From: Trypanosoma brucei
Taxonomy: Eukaryota
DNA: 64,000 nucleotides
Assembly (NCBI GenBank): GCA_000002445.1
Contig: CH464491.1
Coordinates: 2,528,001-2,592,000, forward strand
Direction: 5' to 3'
The position numbers and the translations under genes are program-made. Under the pieces are notes generated by a model that was not told the DNA's origin, did not search any database, and worked only from the letters and a program-made list of their open reading frames with translations. Shown here piece by piece: positions 43,301 through 53,772 of this stretch; position 1 is the first letter of the stretch, and the number at the start of each line of letters is the position of its first letter.

Positions 43301-44149
43301 TCAACAAAAAGACTTCACTGACGACTCGATACACTGCAAACAAACTGGACATGTCTTACGGCCGCTACAACAAACTTCACAAAGTAATCGGTGTCCACAC
43401 GGGAGCATGATGACCAGTGGCCTCTCGACACCGTGGCATTGTATACAGTATTGCATTGTAGATTTTGTCACACACTCACCGGAGGTAGTGAGAACCGCAT
43501 CAGCGTTAAGACAAGTTGTAGCGGAAGTGTCTTCCGCGTTACTAATCGCACATCGGTCAGAAGGTCCATCCGCTCCGTCACTACCGTCTTCCTCCTTGCT
43601 CACATCTTTCCCCTTTTGTAGGAGCATCATGCGGAAACCACAAACCTCTCTGTGACCATCGTGTAATTCCGGTGCGATGATTTCTCCACAGTGACGGCAC
43701 TTAAACTGCAAAAGAAGACCGGTAGCAACCCGGCAAAGGGCGGCGCGGGGTTCACGGCAGAGCGGGCAAAACTGAAGCGCCATCACACACTTCTCACAAC
43801 AAGATACGTGTCCGCAAGGGAGAAAAGCAAACGAACGCCGTGCCGCGAAGCATACAACACACCATTCTTCCGTATCGTAGTCCCTCGAACAATCATCCCC
43901 CAAATCCTGCAACTCCCCTTGTTGCTGTTGTCGTAGATTCCTGAAGTTATTCTCGCGACAAGCTTCCCTATGCCCATCGAAAAGAACGGGATCAATGTAC
44001 ATTCCGCAAACACCACATCTTCTTCTTAGTGGTAAGGAGAATTGACTTCTTCTTGCTTCACCGCGAGCCGCTTGCTGGTGATCTTGATCAGCTCTACGCT
44101 GAGAAAAGAACGGAAAGCAACAACAACAGAATGAGGGCGCGTTTCCCAT
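43301..44149 (-). CDS. putative E3 ubiquitin ligase with two RING fingers, each preceded by a C2HC zinc module
   Basis: The first C2HC module is CGVCGMYIDPVLFDGHREAC and the first RING is CVVCFAARRSFAFLPCGHVSCCEKCVMALQFCPLCR. The second C2HC module is CRHCGEIIAPELHDGHREVC and the second RING is CIQCHGVERPLVIMLPCGHRLLCEVCCSGRKTCPVCLQCI. Confidence 0.65.
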   Translation of the reverse strand: MGNAPSFCCCCFPFFSQRRADQDHQQAARGEARRSQFSLPLRRRCGVCGMYIDPVLFDGHREACRENNFRNLRQQQQGELQDLGDDCSRDYDTEEWCVVCFAARRSFAFLPCGHVSCCEKCVMALQFCPLCREPRAALCRVATGLLLQFKCRHCGEIIAPELHDGHREVCGFRMMLLQKGKDVSKEEDGSDGADGPSDRCAISNAEDTSATTCLNADAVLTTSGECVTKSTMQYCIQCHGVERPLVIMLPCGHRLLCEVCCSGRKTCPVCLQCIESSVKSFC

Positions 44150-44741
44150 GCATCAAAAAAAAAAAACTCCCCACGGTTAGCTCTCTCCTATGCAATTATG
44201 TAGAATCGTGATTGTGTCTAGATTTGTGCAAGTATCGTACGCGGGAATGTTTATGTGAATATGTGTGCGCCTGTGCTCGAAAAAAAAAAAAGAATACTTC
44301 GGATGGGTATTGACTGAACTGACTTACTTCTGTTATGTACTGGAAACGTACCTGCAGTGCGCGGTTCGGCGTACGCTCCCTCCCCTTCTCAAAACTGTAA
44401 CGAGTGTACACCTCGAAGAAAATAAGGGAGAAAAATGAACGATCCGTTTCCTATGGACTGAGGGATTTCCATCATAACAAAACAGATAGAGGATGACCAT
44501 AAGAAAAAAAACAAGTAAAAGGCCACATAGTGAAGAGAGGCGCCATGGCAACCGTGAAATATGTTGACACCTGCACCCAATATACACACACGCATCAATT
44601 ATTAAGGCATAGGCACAATTTTTTCCAGACATATCTTATTACCATAAAGACAGTGGTTGGCAAACAAAGAGCATTCTAAACCCCCGATTCCACAGAGGTG
44701 CACAGACTGTCGAGTGCGTGGCGTGAAAAACAATTAGTGCT

Positions 44742-45101
44742 CTAAAAAGTCCTCCCTGCGCCGTAAGCGGCACAGCGCTCGCGCAGCTCCACTGCTGCCT
44801 TCTGCAGCTCAGCAAATATACGTCTTAGTTCGGCCAAATGGGTCCGCTTGGCCTTTACTTTCTCTCTCATTTGGGCTTCAGCCTTGCGGCGCGCGTCTAG
44901 ATTTCCCCTTAGCAAGCCGTTGAGGTACAGGCGCAGCAACTCACTGTCCCTCTCCGCTTCGTTCCTTCTTGCCGTTGATGCTCGCGCAGTGAGCTCCGCC
45001 CTCGATTCCGTCTCTCTCACCAAGAATTCGCGCTCGTCTAGCAGCATCGCACGCTCGAAACGAAGCTCCAGCTCCTCCTCACTCATCTCGCGAGGTTCCA
45101 T
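44742..45101 (-). CDS. small coiled-coil hypothetical protein
   Basis: The start was trimmed to MEPREMSEEELE at 45101. The protein is charged and helical. Weak support. Confidence 0.3.
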   Translation of the reverse strand: MEPREMSEEELELRFERAMLLDEREFLVRETESRAELTARASTARRNEAERDSELLRLYLNGLLRGNLDARRKAEAQMREKVKAKRTHLAELRRIFAELQKAAVELRERCAAYGAGRTF

Positions 45102-45759
45102 CGCCGAAATGCGAAGGGACGAGTGTTTCGACTGCCACTTCTTTTTTTTTTTTTGCAACACAGAAAGGAAAACGGAAGGCGACTTGTGAGATTAGCGAGA
45201 AGTTGACACTACAACATGAGCATGTGGCGGCAATCCGCGCAGAGGCAACACATATAGACACAGCTGCAGTGTGGGTTTGATGGAAAAACAAGTACACGTA
45301 TGACGTCATACGGCACAGGATAAATGCAGGCCACAAGCGCCTACGTCACCGTATTGTCTTCTCTCGGTTGAGGTGGTAATCGGCTTAAAATGGCAGAGTC
45401 GAGGAGCCCAATGGGACCAACATCGACAACAGCACAAGTAGACACGGAGTCGAACGTTGTCTACTGGAAATAGGAAAACAAAAAGTAGATGGAGAGAAAA
45501 GAAAGTCGAGCGCAAATCACATCACAACTATGACTAGTATGAGAGAAACTCGGTTTCCACAATGGCATTCCAGCGAAGGAAGTTGGTGCTGAGCAGAGGA
45601 AGCCGCGATATGTTGGTACCCCCTGCGTTAGTAGACTTCTTCCCGTCGCTGTTTCTTCGCAACATTAATCCTCTCGTACACACTACAAGTTTTGTAGTGA
45701 GCCTCTAATAAGTGTAGATTAGTGGCGCAACGGGCAGCTCACAATAGAGAGTAGAGTTC

Positions 45760-46887
45760 TCATCCCCTATAATAGCGCGGGGCAACAAACCTTGAGTTCA
45801 CTATTTCCGCCTTCACAAGCTTTCCACGGACGTCAAGCCCCACTTGTTGACCAATATTTGAGTAACTTCGATCAACATAGCCCAGTGCAATGTTACGTCC
45901 GAGCGTTGGGGATGGAACCCCGCTCGTGACCACGCCGACACATTTACCCTCCACAAGCACCGGAGTTCCATTGCGAGGGATGGGTCCACGTTCAGGGGCG
46001 GCGAGTATACCAACACGCACTCGAGGAACCAGCTCTTTCGCCTTCTTTACCAGTTGCGCCAGCCGCTCATGACCAACAAACCCACCTTCGGTCATACGGT
46101 GCTTCGGCACACACCACATGCAGCGGGCAGCAACGGGGTCTATGTCCTCTGACAATTCATGGGAATACAGGTTAAGGCCCGCCTCCGTTCGAAGGGTGTC
46201 GCGCGCAGCAAGGCCGGCGGCCTGAACATCAGGGTTTTGCAGCAGAAGCTCAACGATAGGCAAGGCGTCTTCCTCGCGCATAACTATATCGAAGCCATCT
46301 TCTCCGGAGTAGCTGCAACGAGTAAGAGTCTTAATACGCATGCCGCGAATGTCCACATCTTGTCTGCCCTGCATGAAAAGCAACTTGTCCAGACCTTCCA
46401 CATGTGGCGCAAGCGCGCTCGCGGCTTTGGGTCCTTGTACTGTCACAATGGCGCGATCCTCCATCTCCAGCGCAACATCGCCAGTAAAATCGGCAACGCT
46501 CTGCCGCATATATGCAATCATCTTGTCCTTACATCCCGCATTCACAACGACTACGAGACGATCGTCATACCTAGTCACAATACAGTCATCTTTTACACCT
46601 GCTCGGTCGTTTAGAAACATGGTGAGTGCAGCTTTCCCACTGGGCATCCGTGAGGGCGCGGACGGCGTCAGCCACTCCAAGAACTTCTCACGGTCGGCAC
46701 CAAACACCTCTACCACACCGAAATGTGACACGTCGAAAATACTGGCGGCCTCACGGGTGTGGAGATGCTCGCGAACAGCTCCCGCCGCATAGTTTATGGG
46801 CATGTCGTACCCGGAAAATGGTGCCATGCGCGCTCGACGACCAACGTGGAAGGCATGTAAAGCCGTGTGCCGTAGAGAAGTTGACAT
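45760..46887 (-). CDS. aminomethyltransferase (glycine cleavage system T protein)
   Basis: MAPFSGYDMPINYAAGAVREHLHTREAASIFDVSHFGVVEVFGADREKFLEWL is a near-canonical GcvT N-terminus, and the length is about 375 aa. Confidence 0.85.
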   Translation of the reverse strand: MSTSLRHTALHAFHVGRRARMAPFSGYDMPINYAAGAVREHLHTREAASIFDVSHFGVVEVFGADREKFLEWLTPSAPSRMPSGKAALTMFLNDRAGVKDDCIVTRYDDRLVVVVNAGCKDKMIAYMRQSVADFTGDVALEMEDRAIVTVQGPKAASALAPHVEGLDKLLFMQGRQDVDIRGMRIKTLTRCSYSGEDGFDIVMREEDALPIVELLLQNPDVQAAGLAARDTLRTEAGLNLYSHELSEDIDPVAARCMWCVPKHRMTEGGFVGHERLAQLVKKAKELVPRVRVGILAAPERGPIPRNGTPVLVEGKCVGVVTSGVPSPTLGRNIALGYVDRSYSNIGQQVGLDVRGKLVKAEIVNSRFVAPRYYRG

Positions 46888-47172
46888 AAGTAAATAAGTG
46901 CTCCGGGATAGATAGTCGTAACTTGGTGTTTCAAAAAAAAAAAGTCAGGAAGAGGAAGAAAAATGGGCAAGTTATACCACTTTCGTCCTTGAACGTCGGA
47001 AAATATCTACATTTATGAGCTCACATACTTACGTACGAGTACACATATTTATATATGTTAAAAATTGTAAGTGCGAGAGTAGCGAACATAAATGAGGCAC
47101 TATGCTACTCAAAAATACAATGCACAGAGTTGCAAACGCAACCTAAGAACCGCTCACATAGATAAGTGTCGC

Positions 47173-49110
47173 TTATTGAGAAAACCCATACTTGCTCATA
47201 ATTTCGTGCTTGCGCCTTTCTAACTCCTCCAACGATAGCAGGGAGACAGAGGAATTGCTTGAAGGGACCGTTGGCTTGGCTTTATGAGGTTGTGCATCAC
47301 CACCGACAACAAAAATGTCACCTTCATCGGCCCCAAAATCAGAAGCAACTGCTGTGGAACCACTGGCAGCAACGAATGCAATTGTAGGGGAGGTGGTGGT
47401 GTCAAGGGGGGTGCGCTCCATCGAGAGAGTGCGCGGTTTCGATCGCAACCCCTCACATGCCAAAAAATTCTCGTCGCGTGTCCCAGCAGATATTCCTACC
47501 CCGGAAATACTCGGGGGCACTTCGTCTGCCTTACGCCCACCACCACCCGCGGTTTGGTAACAGAAGTTTCCCGCATCCACCAGCGGCGGTTTCTCTGCTC
47601 CCACGCTCTGCCTGAGTGATGCATTATTGGCACCGCCGACGCCCTGCCCAATGCTGGAAACGGGAATTGCTTCCGACTCGCTCCCATCACGCCCACGCAG
47701 CCTCTGAACCTCGCAACGCAGCGCATCCATCCGTGAAAAAACATATTTCAAACGTAGACCAACGGTTTCAACAACGGCGCGCGGTGCCACTCCAAAAAGT
47801 GGCTCGAGGATATTATTGATAAACCCTGTGCACTCCTCGTTATTAACAGGTGGAGTGGAAGAGCATATGCAGCGAATTCTATCTTCAAGCGCTTCGAGAC
47901 GCTCCTGCTGTTTATTGACAGCGGTACGCAATTGCTGGATAGTGCTGTCAGCCATGTCAAGCTCGCGCTGCATGTTACGAAACTTGCCCTCAAACAACCG
48001 CTGTAGACCTCCAAGGCCATCGGTGTTACTAGTGTTGCTCCCGCTGGAACAGCTTAGCACACGAAAGCTGGACGCATCTGAACGCGTCGTACTGGGGATC
48101 TCATTTAATAAGGTATCGTACTCCTCGCGTACTTCCCTCAAACACCTCCGAATTTCGTGATCACGTTGCTGACGCAGAAGCAACAACTGGGCCTCCAGCT
48201 GCTCAGTCATCGCCGCAATTTCAGTCGCCACGATCACCCTTTGTTGTGCCAGCAAAAGGTGAGATGTTGCACGTACGTTGTCAAGCTCCTCTCGTAATTG
48301 AGTGTTGAGCATATGCATCCTGGACAACTGACTCTGGGATACGCCACCGTCTGCGAGCTGCGGACTTGTCATGCGGAGTGGAGGACGTCCAGACGCCACC
48401 AATCCCACGGGCGAGGACCCCACCGCTACGAGGGCATCTTCACCAGCTTGTTCTATGCCAACTGTCGCTGCGCTTCCCCCACAGAGGCTTGCACCAACTA
48501 ACGGTGATGGTGATGACGATGATGGTGGAATACTAAACTTTCCAATACTAGTGAGGCTCTGAGGCGACTGAAGGAAGTCGGCAACTCGGGGGTCCACCGG
48601 ATTTGCAAAGTCGACACAAAAATGTGAATTATGTTTTAACCGATCAAGGAAGTAAAAAAGTACCAGTGTGTTGAAGCAATGGCGCGCCTGGCCTGCGGAG
48701 AATGCACGGCGATCAAACAAATGCATCGGCAACTGTCGTTGTTCCATGATGTTCTGCAACACATCCCAATTTCTTTCGGCAGAGTCCTTCCCTTGATACG
48801 AAATGGCGGAGGCGAAACCACTGGGGAACGATGTAGGAAAAACATGAAGTGCAAGTGCCAAAAGAACCGCACCGTCGCCTAAATCTCTATACTTGCTGCA
48901 GGGCCGGATTCCAGTCGTCTCTGCCGCCCACCTCAACAGATCCTTCTTCCCCAGCGTCACCATCGGGGATCCACAATTACCTTCCCCTAAAAATACGGGT
49001 GAAAGAAAATAGTTGGGGGAGGACAAACAACGTACGAAGGTCCGGGTGCAATTGACCAAAAATGTAAGTTGGGCATTGGCCGCGCGTTGCTGCAACCCGA
49101 ATATCCACAA
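47173..49110 (-). CDS. hypothetical protein with an N-terminal calponin-homology-like (EB1/Hook-type) domain and a long coiled coil
   Basis: KKDLLRWAAETTGIRPCSKYRDLGDGAVLLALALHVFP...NWDVLQNIMEQRQLPMHLFDRRAF...HCFNTLVLFYFL resembles a CH domain. Coiled-coil and low-complexity regions follow. The real start may be downstream of the first Met. Confidence 0.5.
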   Translation of the reverse strand: MWIFGLQQRAANAQLTFLVNCTRTFVRCLSSPNYFLSPVFLGEGNCGSPMVTLGKKDLLRWAAETTGIRPCSKYRDLGDGAVLLALALHVFPTSFPSGFASAISYQGKDSAERNWDVLQNIMEQRQLPMHLFDRRAFSAGQARHCFNTLVLFYFLDRLKHNSHFCVDFANPVDPRVADFLQSPQSLTSIGKFSIPPSSSSPSPLVGASLCGGSAATVGIEQAGEDALVAVGSSPVGLVASGRPPLRMTSPQLADGGVSQSQLSRMHMLNTQLREELDNVRATSHLLLAQQRVIVATEIAAMTEQLEAQLLLLRQQRDHEIRRCLREVREEYDTLLNEIPSTTRSDASSFRVLSCSSGSNTSNTDGLGGLQRLFEGKFRNMQRELDMADSTIQQLRTAVNKQQERLEALEDRIRCICSSTPPVNNEECTGFINNILEPLFGVAPRAVVETVGLRLKYVFSRMDALRCEVQRLRGRDGSESEAIPVSSIGQGVGGANNASLRQSVGAEKPPLVDAGNFCYQTAGGGGRKADEVPPSISGVGISAGTRDENFLACEGLRSKPRTLSMERTPLDTTTSPTIAFVAASGSTAVASDFGADEGDIFVVGGDAQPHKAKPTVPSSNSSVSLLSLEELERRKHEIMSKYGFSQ

Positions 49111-49318
49111 CTCACTAAAAAGCGTCGCCAGCGACGCAAAGATAGAGGGATAACTTGGCGGGTGGAGGTAGCAACGATGTCACGTGAATGGACAACACCG
49201 CCGTAGCAACGTAAATGAAGGAGTCCATAACAATGTTAAGATAAACGGTCATTCTGATCAACACTGTGTACACCGAACGGATTGTACAGACAATCAACAA
49301 CCATCCTTATTCCCCCTG

Positions 49319-50296
49319 TCACCGGACAGTAAGAGGAAAGTATTTGGGGGCAACAGCTCTTGTGATCTCTATTACACGCTTCATCGCTTCGTGATACTTC
49401 TGTACAGCACCATCGTCCTCCACCAGCTCCTCCACGATTTCTCCATTTGCCCACAACTGAATTTTATTGCTACCGCTCTCCGCAAAGTGGTACAACCCAC
49501 GTCCGTGCTTTACATCCTGTCGGTATGAGCCAATAAAGTACTCTGTTTCTTGGGGATTGAAGAAGTACACCCCAACACCGTCCATCTTTCCGTCTCGCCA
49601 ATGTCCCACATACTTCTTGCCGCTTCGGCCCACAACGTACACGCCCCAGCCGTGGTGTTTGTTCTGTTCAAACTGACCCTCGTACCAGTCACCCTCGGGG
49701 TGCTCCCAGTATCCCACACCCTGCTTCTTCGAACCGCTGTATTGGCCACAGTACGTTGCGCCGGATGGTAACTTAAAGGTACGTTCACACAATGCGGCCG
49801 GGGCCTCACCCAATGTCTTGGGGGCGACAGCGCGAGCCGCTTCTAGTAGATTATCTATACTCATCATGCACTCTACACGCTGAACCGGCGTTGCTTCAGA
49901 TTCGCTGTGGAGCACGCCATCAACGTATTCTTGCACCATCACCACACCATTCTCATGGCAATAGAACCCCTTGCCACACTTTTTGTCATCAGTATAAAAG
50001 CCCACGAAGCAAGGGGTATAGCTGCTGGAGAAGAAGTAGACTCCTTCGCCATTCATCTTCCCCGACATCCAGTTACCGACGTAGCGCTTACCAGACTCGC
50101 TAAAGTAATATACACCGAGCCCTTCCTGCCTGTTGTCCACGTACTCACCCTCATACACCTCACCGCTTGGGTGCTTCCAGTGCCCTCGTCCGTGTCGCTT
50201 CGTGCCTTGAAAGGTTCCCTCATAAACAGCCCCCGATTTGTATGTGTAGCTCCGCTTTTGGAGACCCTCCTGATCGCCTACAACTTTGTCTAGCAT
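49319..50296 (-). CDS. MORN-repeat protein
   Basis: YxGxxxxGxxHGxG units repeat throughout (YEGTFQGTKRHGRGHW, YEGEYVDNRQEGLGVY, YVGNWMSGKMNGEGVY, YEGQFEQNKHHGWGVY). Confidence 0.75.
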   Translation of the reverse strand: MLDKVVGDQEGLQKRSYTYKSGAVYEGTFQGTKRHGRGHWKHPSGEVYEGEYVDNRQEGLGVYYFSESGKRYVGNWMSGKMNGEGVYFFSSSYTPCFVGFYTDDKKCGKGFYCHENGVVMVQEYVDGVLHSESEATPVQRVECMMSIDNLLEAARAVAPKTLGEAPAALCERTFKLPSGATYCGQYSGSKKQGVGYWEHPEGDWYEGQFEQNKHHGWGVYVVGRSGKKYVGHWRDGKMDGVGVYFFNPQETEYFIGSYRQDVKHGRGLYHFAESGSNKIQLWANGEIVEELVEDDGAVQKYHEAMKRVIEITRAVAPKYFPLTVR

Positions 50297-50686
50297 AAAT
50301 CTATTTAAACAATCGAACTCCTTTAATAATCAAAGAACGAACACCCGCACACGGAGAGGTATCTGTCTCCCCCACTCGCGTGCCTGTGCGGACCACTGTA
50401 GCTTCAATACCACACCTCAGACCCCCGTTTCTACACACCTACCTCCCAGTAGAGGGAAAGCCGATGGCGGTGTTTACTAAAGGAAAGGAAAAGAAAAGGT
50501 GTTACGTATAAAGTTGGCTTCTGGGTATTGCAGCTAATCAGTGATTTGGTCTCCCCATCCACCGTTCTGCGGGTTGGTGCCGCAGCTTTTTTTTTTAGGA
50601 AAAGTGACGAACCACGGGAATAAAAGAAACGAGAAAACGAAACATAAAGAAAGACAAAGGAACTTAAGTCCGTTCACATAGCACCC

Positions 50687-50992
50687 CTATGAAGGCACTT
50701 CGCTCGCCTCCTTCACATCGTACGCACCGCTCACGACGAAGCATTGCGACTGCATGGATGCCTGTACCTTCGGTTTCTCAAAATAGTACGCAGTACCGTC
50801 ATGACGATACAGAACGGCATCGTCCACGTCGTTGAAGGGTGACACATTGAGGCGTTTCAGCACTTGTTGCACTTTCTTGTCGTCCCCGGTATTGCGATGT
50901 GCTACCTTCACGGTACGGCGTACTGAACCGCGGCCTCCTGTGCGAACAAATTCTGCGCGCCTGCGGAGCGTCTCCTGAGTAATAGAGGGCAT
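50687..50992 (-). CDS. nascent polypeptide-associated complex beta subunit (BTF3-like)
   Basis: A small protein with a basic N-terminus (RTGGRGSVRRTVKVAHRNTGDDKKVQQVLKRLNV) followed by a NAC domain. The architecture and motifs are those of BTF3. Confidence 0.65.
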   Translation of the reverse strand: MPSITQETLRRRAEFVRTGGRGSVRRTVKVAHRNTGDDKKVQQVLKRLNVSPFNDVDDAVLYRHDGTAYYFEKPKVQASMQSQCFVVSGAYDVKEASEVPS

Positions 50993-51305
50993 GACTCTCT
51001 CGTAAACGAAGTCGGTTCACTAGCAAACATTGGTGATAACAAATGATCACAGAAGGAGTAAATTGGGCGGGGAAGAAAAGTGAAGGAAAAGAGAGACGCA
51101 ATGAGTGGAGGTGGGACAAAACGCAATACATACCGTCCACGGTGCCCACCTTCCGGAAGAAAAGATGGTGAAACCGGCGCACCACGGGGGACAAAGTGTA
51201 CATGCAAGACAAAAGAGTGTTTAAGTAATTAAAACAAAATAATATACGGAGCTAAAGACCAAAAATGATCCTGTGGCTTAATTCACAAGCCTACGCGTGC
51301 ATGCC

Positions 51306-51950
51306 TTAGTAGATACGCTGCGACTTCCCCATAGTCGACTTGATGTACGCGGATTTCAGATTCTGCCAGTTCTTCTTCAACAAAGACACAAGGAAGTTGA
51401 TCGCCATAACAACATTCTGGCGTACCTGATCCTCAGTCATATCGACATGGCCGACGCATGTTCCAAGGCAGAGCACCTTCTTGAGCTGAAACTTCACTGT
51501 GGACTGAAGCTCGAGCACCTTGTCCGGCAGGCTCTCATTCTGCGCACACACCGTAGGGAACTTACCTACACGATGCATGTGAGGGCCGACAAGACGCGGG
51601 ACTGTCTTAATGATAGACTCCGAACACAAGAAGGCATCGTACTGGTTACACATCTTTTTCACCAGCTTCTTGTTCTTGTTCAGTTTCTTCAGTTCCTCCT
51701 GGTTCATGGTCGGGACGTCATTCTTCTTGGCGATGTCCTCGTGCACGAGGTCACAGAGAAGGCAGACAGTCATACGGGGGCGGCACACGTGCGGGAGGCG
51801 CACAGAACCAGAGAAACGCTTGTCCTTTTGGGGGTCGTAGTTCTTCAGGTTTACTTGCAAATCAATGCTCTCCTTGAACTTACGCTCCTTGCGATCTTTC
51901 AACACATTTTGAATAGCCTCAGAAAGCAGTGCTGGAGGGATCTTCGACAT
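51306..51950 (-). CDS. RPL10A: 60S ribosomal protein L10a (uL1)
   Basis: The protein is 214 aa and reads [54 protein letters not shown], the canonical eukaryotic L10a N-terminus. Confidence 0.9.
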
Positions 51951-52261
51951 GGCGCCGCGCTGAGAGAAAAAAGCCTAATATTTGGGCAGTAGCAGTATGG
52001 TGTTGTTGTTTAAATTTGAGAAAAAAATATGAGAAAGACGAGGAAAAAGTGAAGAGCATGCCAGCAAATCACCGCACAGGCTCGGATGAAACCAGTTGGC
52101 AGATTAAGTAGGCAGTGGTTAAAACAAGGAAATTAAAAGCACCGGTGGGGCAAAAAACGGAGTATATCGCTGACCCCTCCACAGTGTCCTAGTATCCTTT
52201 TTTTTTATTCCTTCCTTACCCTCTCCTTACATTGGCACCCCAAAGCTTTCGGCTGCAACCC

Positions 52262-52380
52262 TACAAAGGGAACGCCAAGAAAAAAAAAAGGCGACAAATA
52301 AAAGAATTGGGGAAGGAACAAATAAAAAAAAGGAGAAAAGAAACAAGAAAAGAACATTGGTCTATTTTTTTTTTTTTTTT
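52262..52380 (-). promoter_or_regulatory. A16 run followed by a long polypyrimidine tract on the coding strand; candidate signal coupling RPS27 polyadenylation to RPL10a trans-splicing
   Basis: The plus strand shows an A/G-rich 100-nt run ending in T16. This is A16 plus a CT-rich tract on the minus strand, lying between the RPS27 stop at 52415 and the RPL10a ATG at 51950. In kinetoplastids a polyY tract directs the downstream SL acceptor and the upstream poly(A) site. Confidence 0.3.
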
Positions 52381-52414
52381 GCGTCCCACAGATGCAACCA
52401 GCATTCCCTCACGC

Positions 52415-52675
52415 TTAGTGGTCTGGCTTTTTGCGGAACCCGCAGCCAGTTACCAGCATTGCCTTGCCACCGGTGGGGCGGCAAAGCAAGGTAGCGCAAC
52501 CATTGCACTTAACCTCTGACGTGGCATGGCTGTATACCACAGTGATGTTCTTGCATCCGGGACACTTGACATCCATGAAGTACGAATTGGGGCCCTGCAC
52601 AAGACGACGGCGCTTGTGCTTCATGCGCTCGGTGCGCACCGTGGGGTAGCTGAGATCCGAATCGAAGAAACCCAT
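52415..52675 (-). CDS. RPS27: 40S ribosomal protein S27 (eS27)
   Basis: The protein is 86 aa and has the C4 zinc ribbon [36 protein letters not shown] is a signature S27e motif. Confidence 0.9.
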   Translation of the reverse strand: MGFFDSDLSYPTVRTERMKHKRRRLVQGPNSYFMDVKCPGCKNITVVYSHATSEVKCNGCATLLCRPTGGKAMLVTGCGFRKKPDH

Positions 52676-53038
52676 GACTCTTGCAGACCTACGTGGGGAT
52701 AATGCACAATTATGTGGTGATTATTTATAGTACAGGTTGAGAAAGAGAAGCAACGGGTTAAAAAAGGAAGAGGGAAATGGGTGAGAGAACGAACGGGCAA
52801 GTACACAGGTGTGGAGAGTTCAAAACCTGACAGAAACAAAGGCAAGCAAGGCATGTCCCCTGTCATTGTTGTTAGGGGTTTCAAGTGTCACATCGCACTT
52901 CTTGTCACCTGGTCACATCGCTATACAGCTGCAGTGAGACCAAGGAGAAGAATCATGCGAAAGTGCCCAAAAATAAAAAGAGTGTAAATGAACGGAAGAA
53001 AAGGCGAAGAAAACGATATGCGGGAGGACCAACGTCGA

Positions 53039-53551
53039 CTATTTCTTCAGCTTCGCACCAACAGGGGCCTTACCAGCCTTCCTCTTGGGTGCCTCCTTCT
53101 TTGCAATGACGGATTTGGCGCCAACCTTCGCCGCTACCTTCTTTGCTACGGCAGCCACCTTCTCTTCCTTGCTCTTCCTCTTGGCGGCGCGGCGCTTCTT
53201 TTCCTTCTGGACCTTCGCGTGAGCCTTCAGGGCCCGCTTCACGATGCGCTGCTCCTCAATGAGGAAGGCACGGACGATGCGGTCGCGTACCTGTTCGTGG
53301 CTCAACACACCGCCGTATGGGCGCGAAGTCGTCTTCTGATGACGTGGGGCGAGACGCGCCTTTGTGTGACGCAACGCCTTCGTGCCAGCGAGACGTTTGT
53401 GGCCAAGTACCCACGGAGTGTGTGGGCCCTGCGACCGCTTACCGCGCTTCTGCATCACTAGGCGATTGCCGGGTGTTCGCACTAGGCGCATGCGGTTGCC
53501 ACGCGTGGCGTAATGCATGCGACGGCGGTATTGCACACGGGGGCAAGACAT
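53039..53551 (-). CDS. RPL34: 60S ribosomal protein L34 (eL34)
   Basis: The ORF track gives 53039..53821, but the first 90 codons lie in a pyrimidine-rich upstream region. The revised start at 53551-53549 gives MSCPRVQYRRRMHYATRGNRMRLVRTPGNRLVMQKRGK, the canonical L34e N-terminus, with a Lys/Ala-rich tail. Confidence 0.85.
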   Translation of the reverse strand: MSCPRVQYRRRMHYATRGNRMRLVRTPGNRLVMQKRGKRSQGPHTPWVLGHKRLAGTKALRHTKARLAPRHQKTTSRPYGGVLSHEQVRDRIVRAFLIEEQRIVKRALKAHAKVQKEKKRRAAKRKSKEEKVAAVAKKVAAKVGAKSVIAKKEAPKRKAGKAPVGAKLKK

Positions 53552-53640
53552 CTTCGCTGATGCTTGTGGGTCCTTCCTTTTCCTTCTCGCTTCTGTAAAG
53601 TAACAAGGCAGAAAAAAGGCAACAATATGTGCAATTAAAG
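53552..53640 (-). promoter_or_regulatory. RPL34 5' UTR with an upstream polypyrimidine tract and a candidate spliced-leader acceptor AG
   Basis: The minus strand reads ccttttttctgccttgttactttacAG|aagcgagaaggaaaagg...ATG. An AG at plus-strand 53593-53594 follows a 25-nt pyrimidine tract about 40 nt upstream of the ATG, which is the typical kinetoplastid trans-splicing geometry. Confidence 0.35.
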
Positions 53641-53772
53641 ATGTGTATGCAATGGAGGTGTGGTCTTTTTTTAAAAAAAAAGGGTGCAGAGAATGTGTAT
53701 ATCTGTTAGTGGAAGTAACAGCACTACTGCGGGGCCGCCCGGATGCAACTAACGCTGCAGGATGGTGTACTT

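Noticed and set aside
51297-51992. 231-aa plus-strand ORF
   Set aside because: It is antisense to RPL10a (51306-51950), so it is a shadow ORF.
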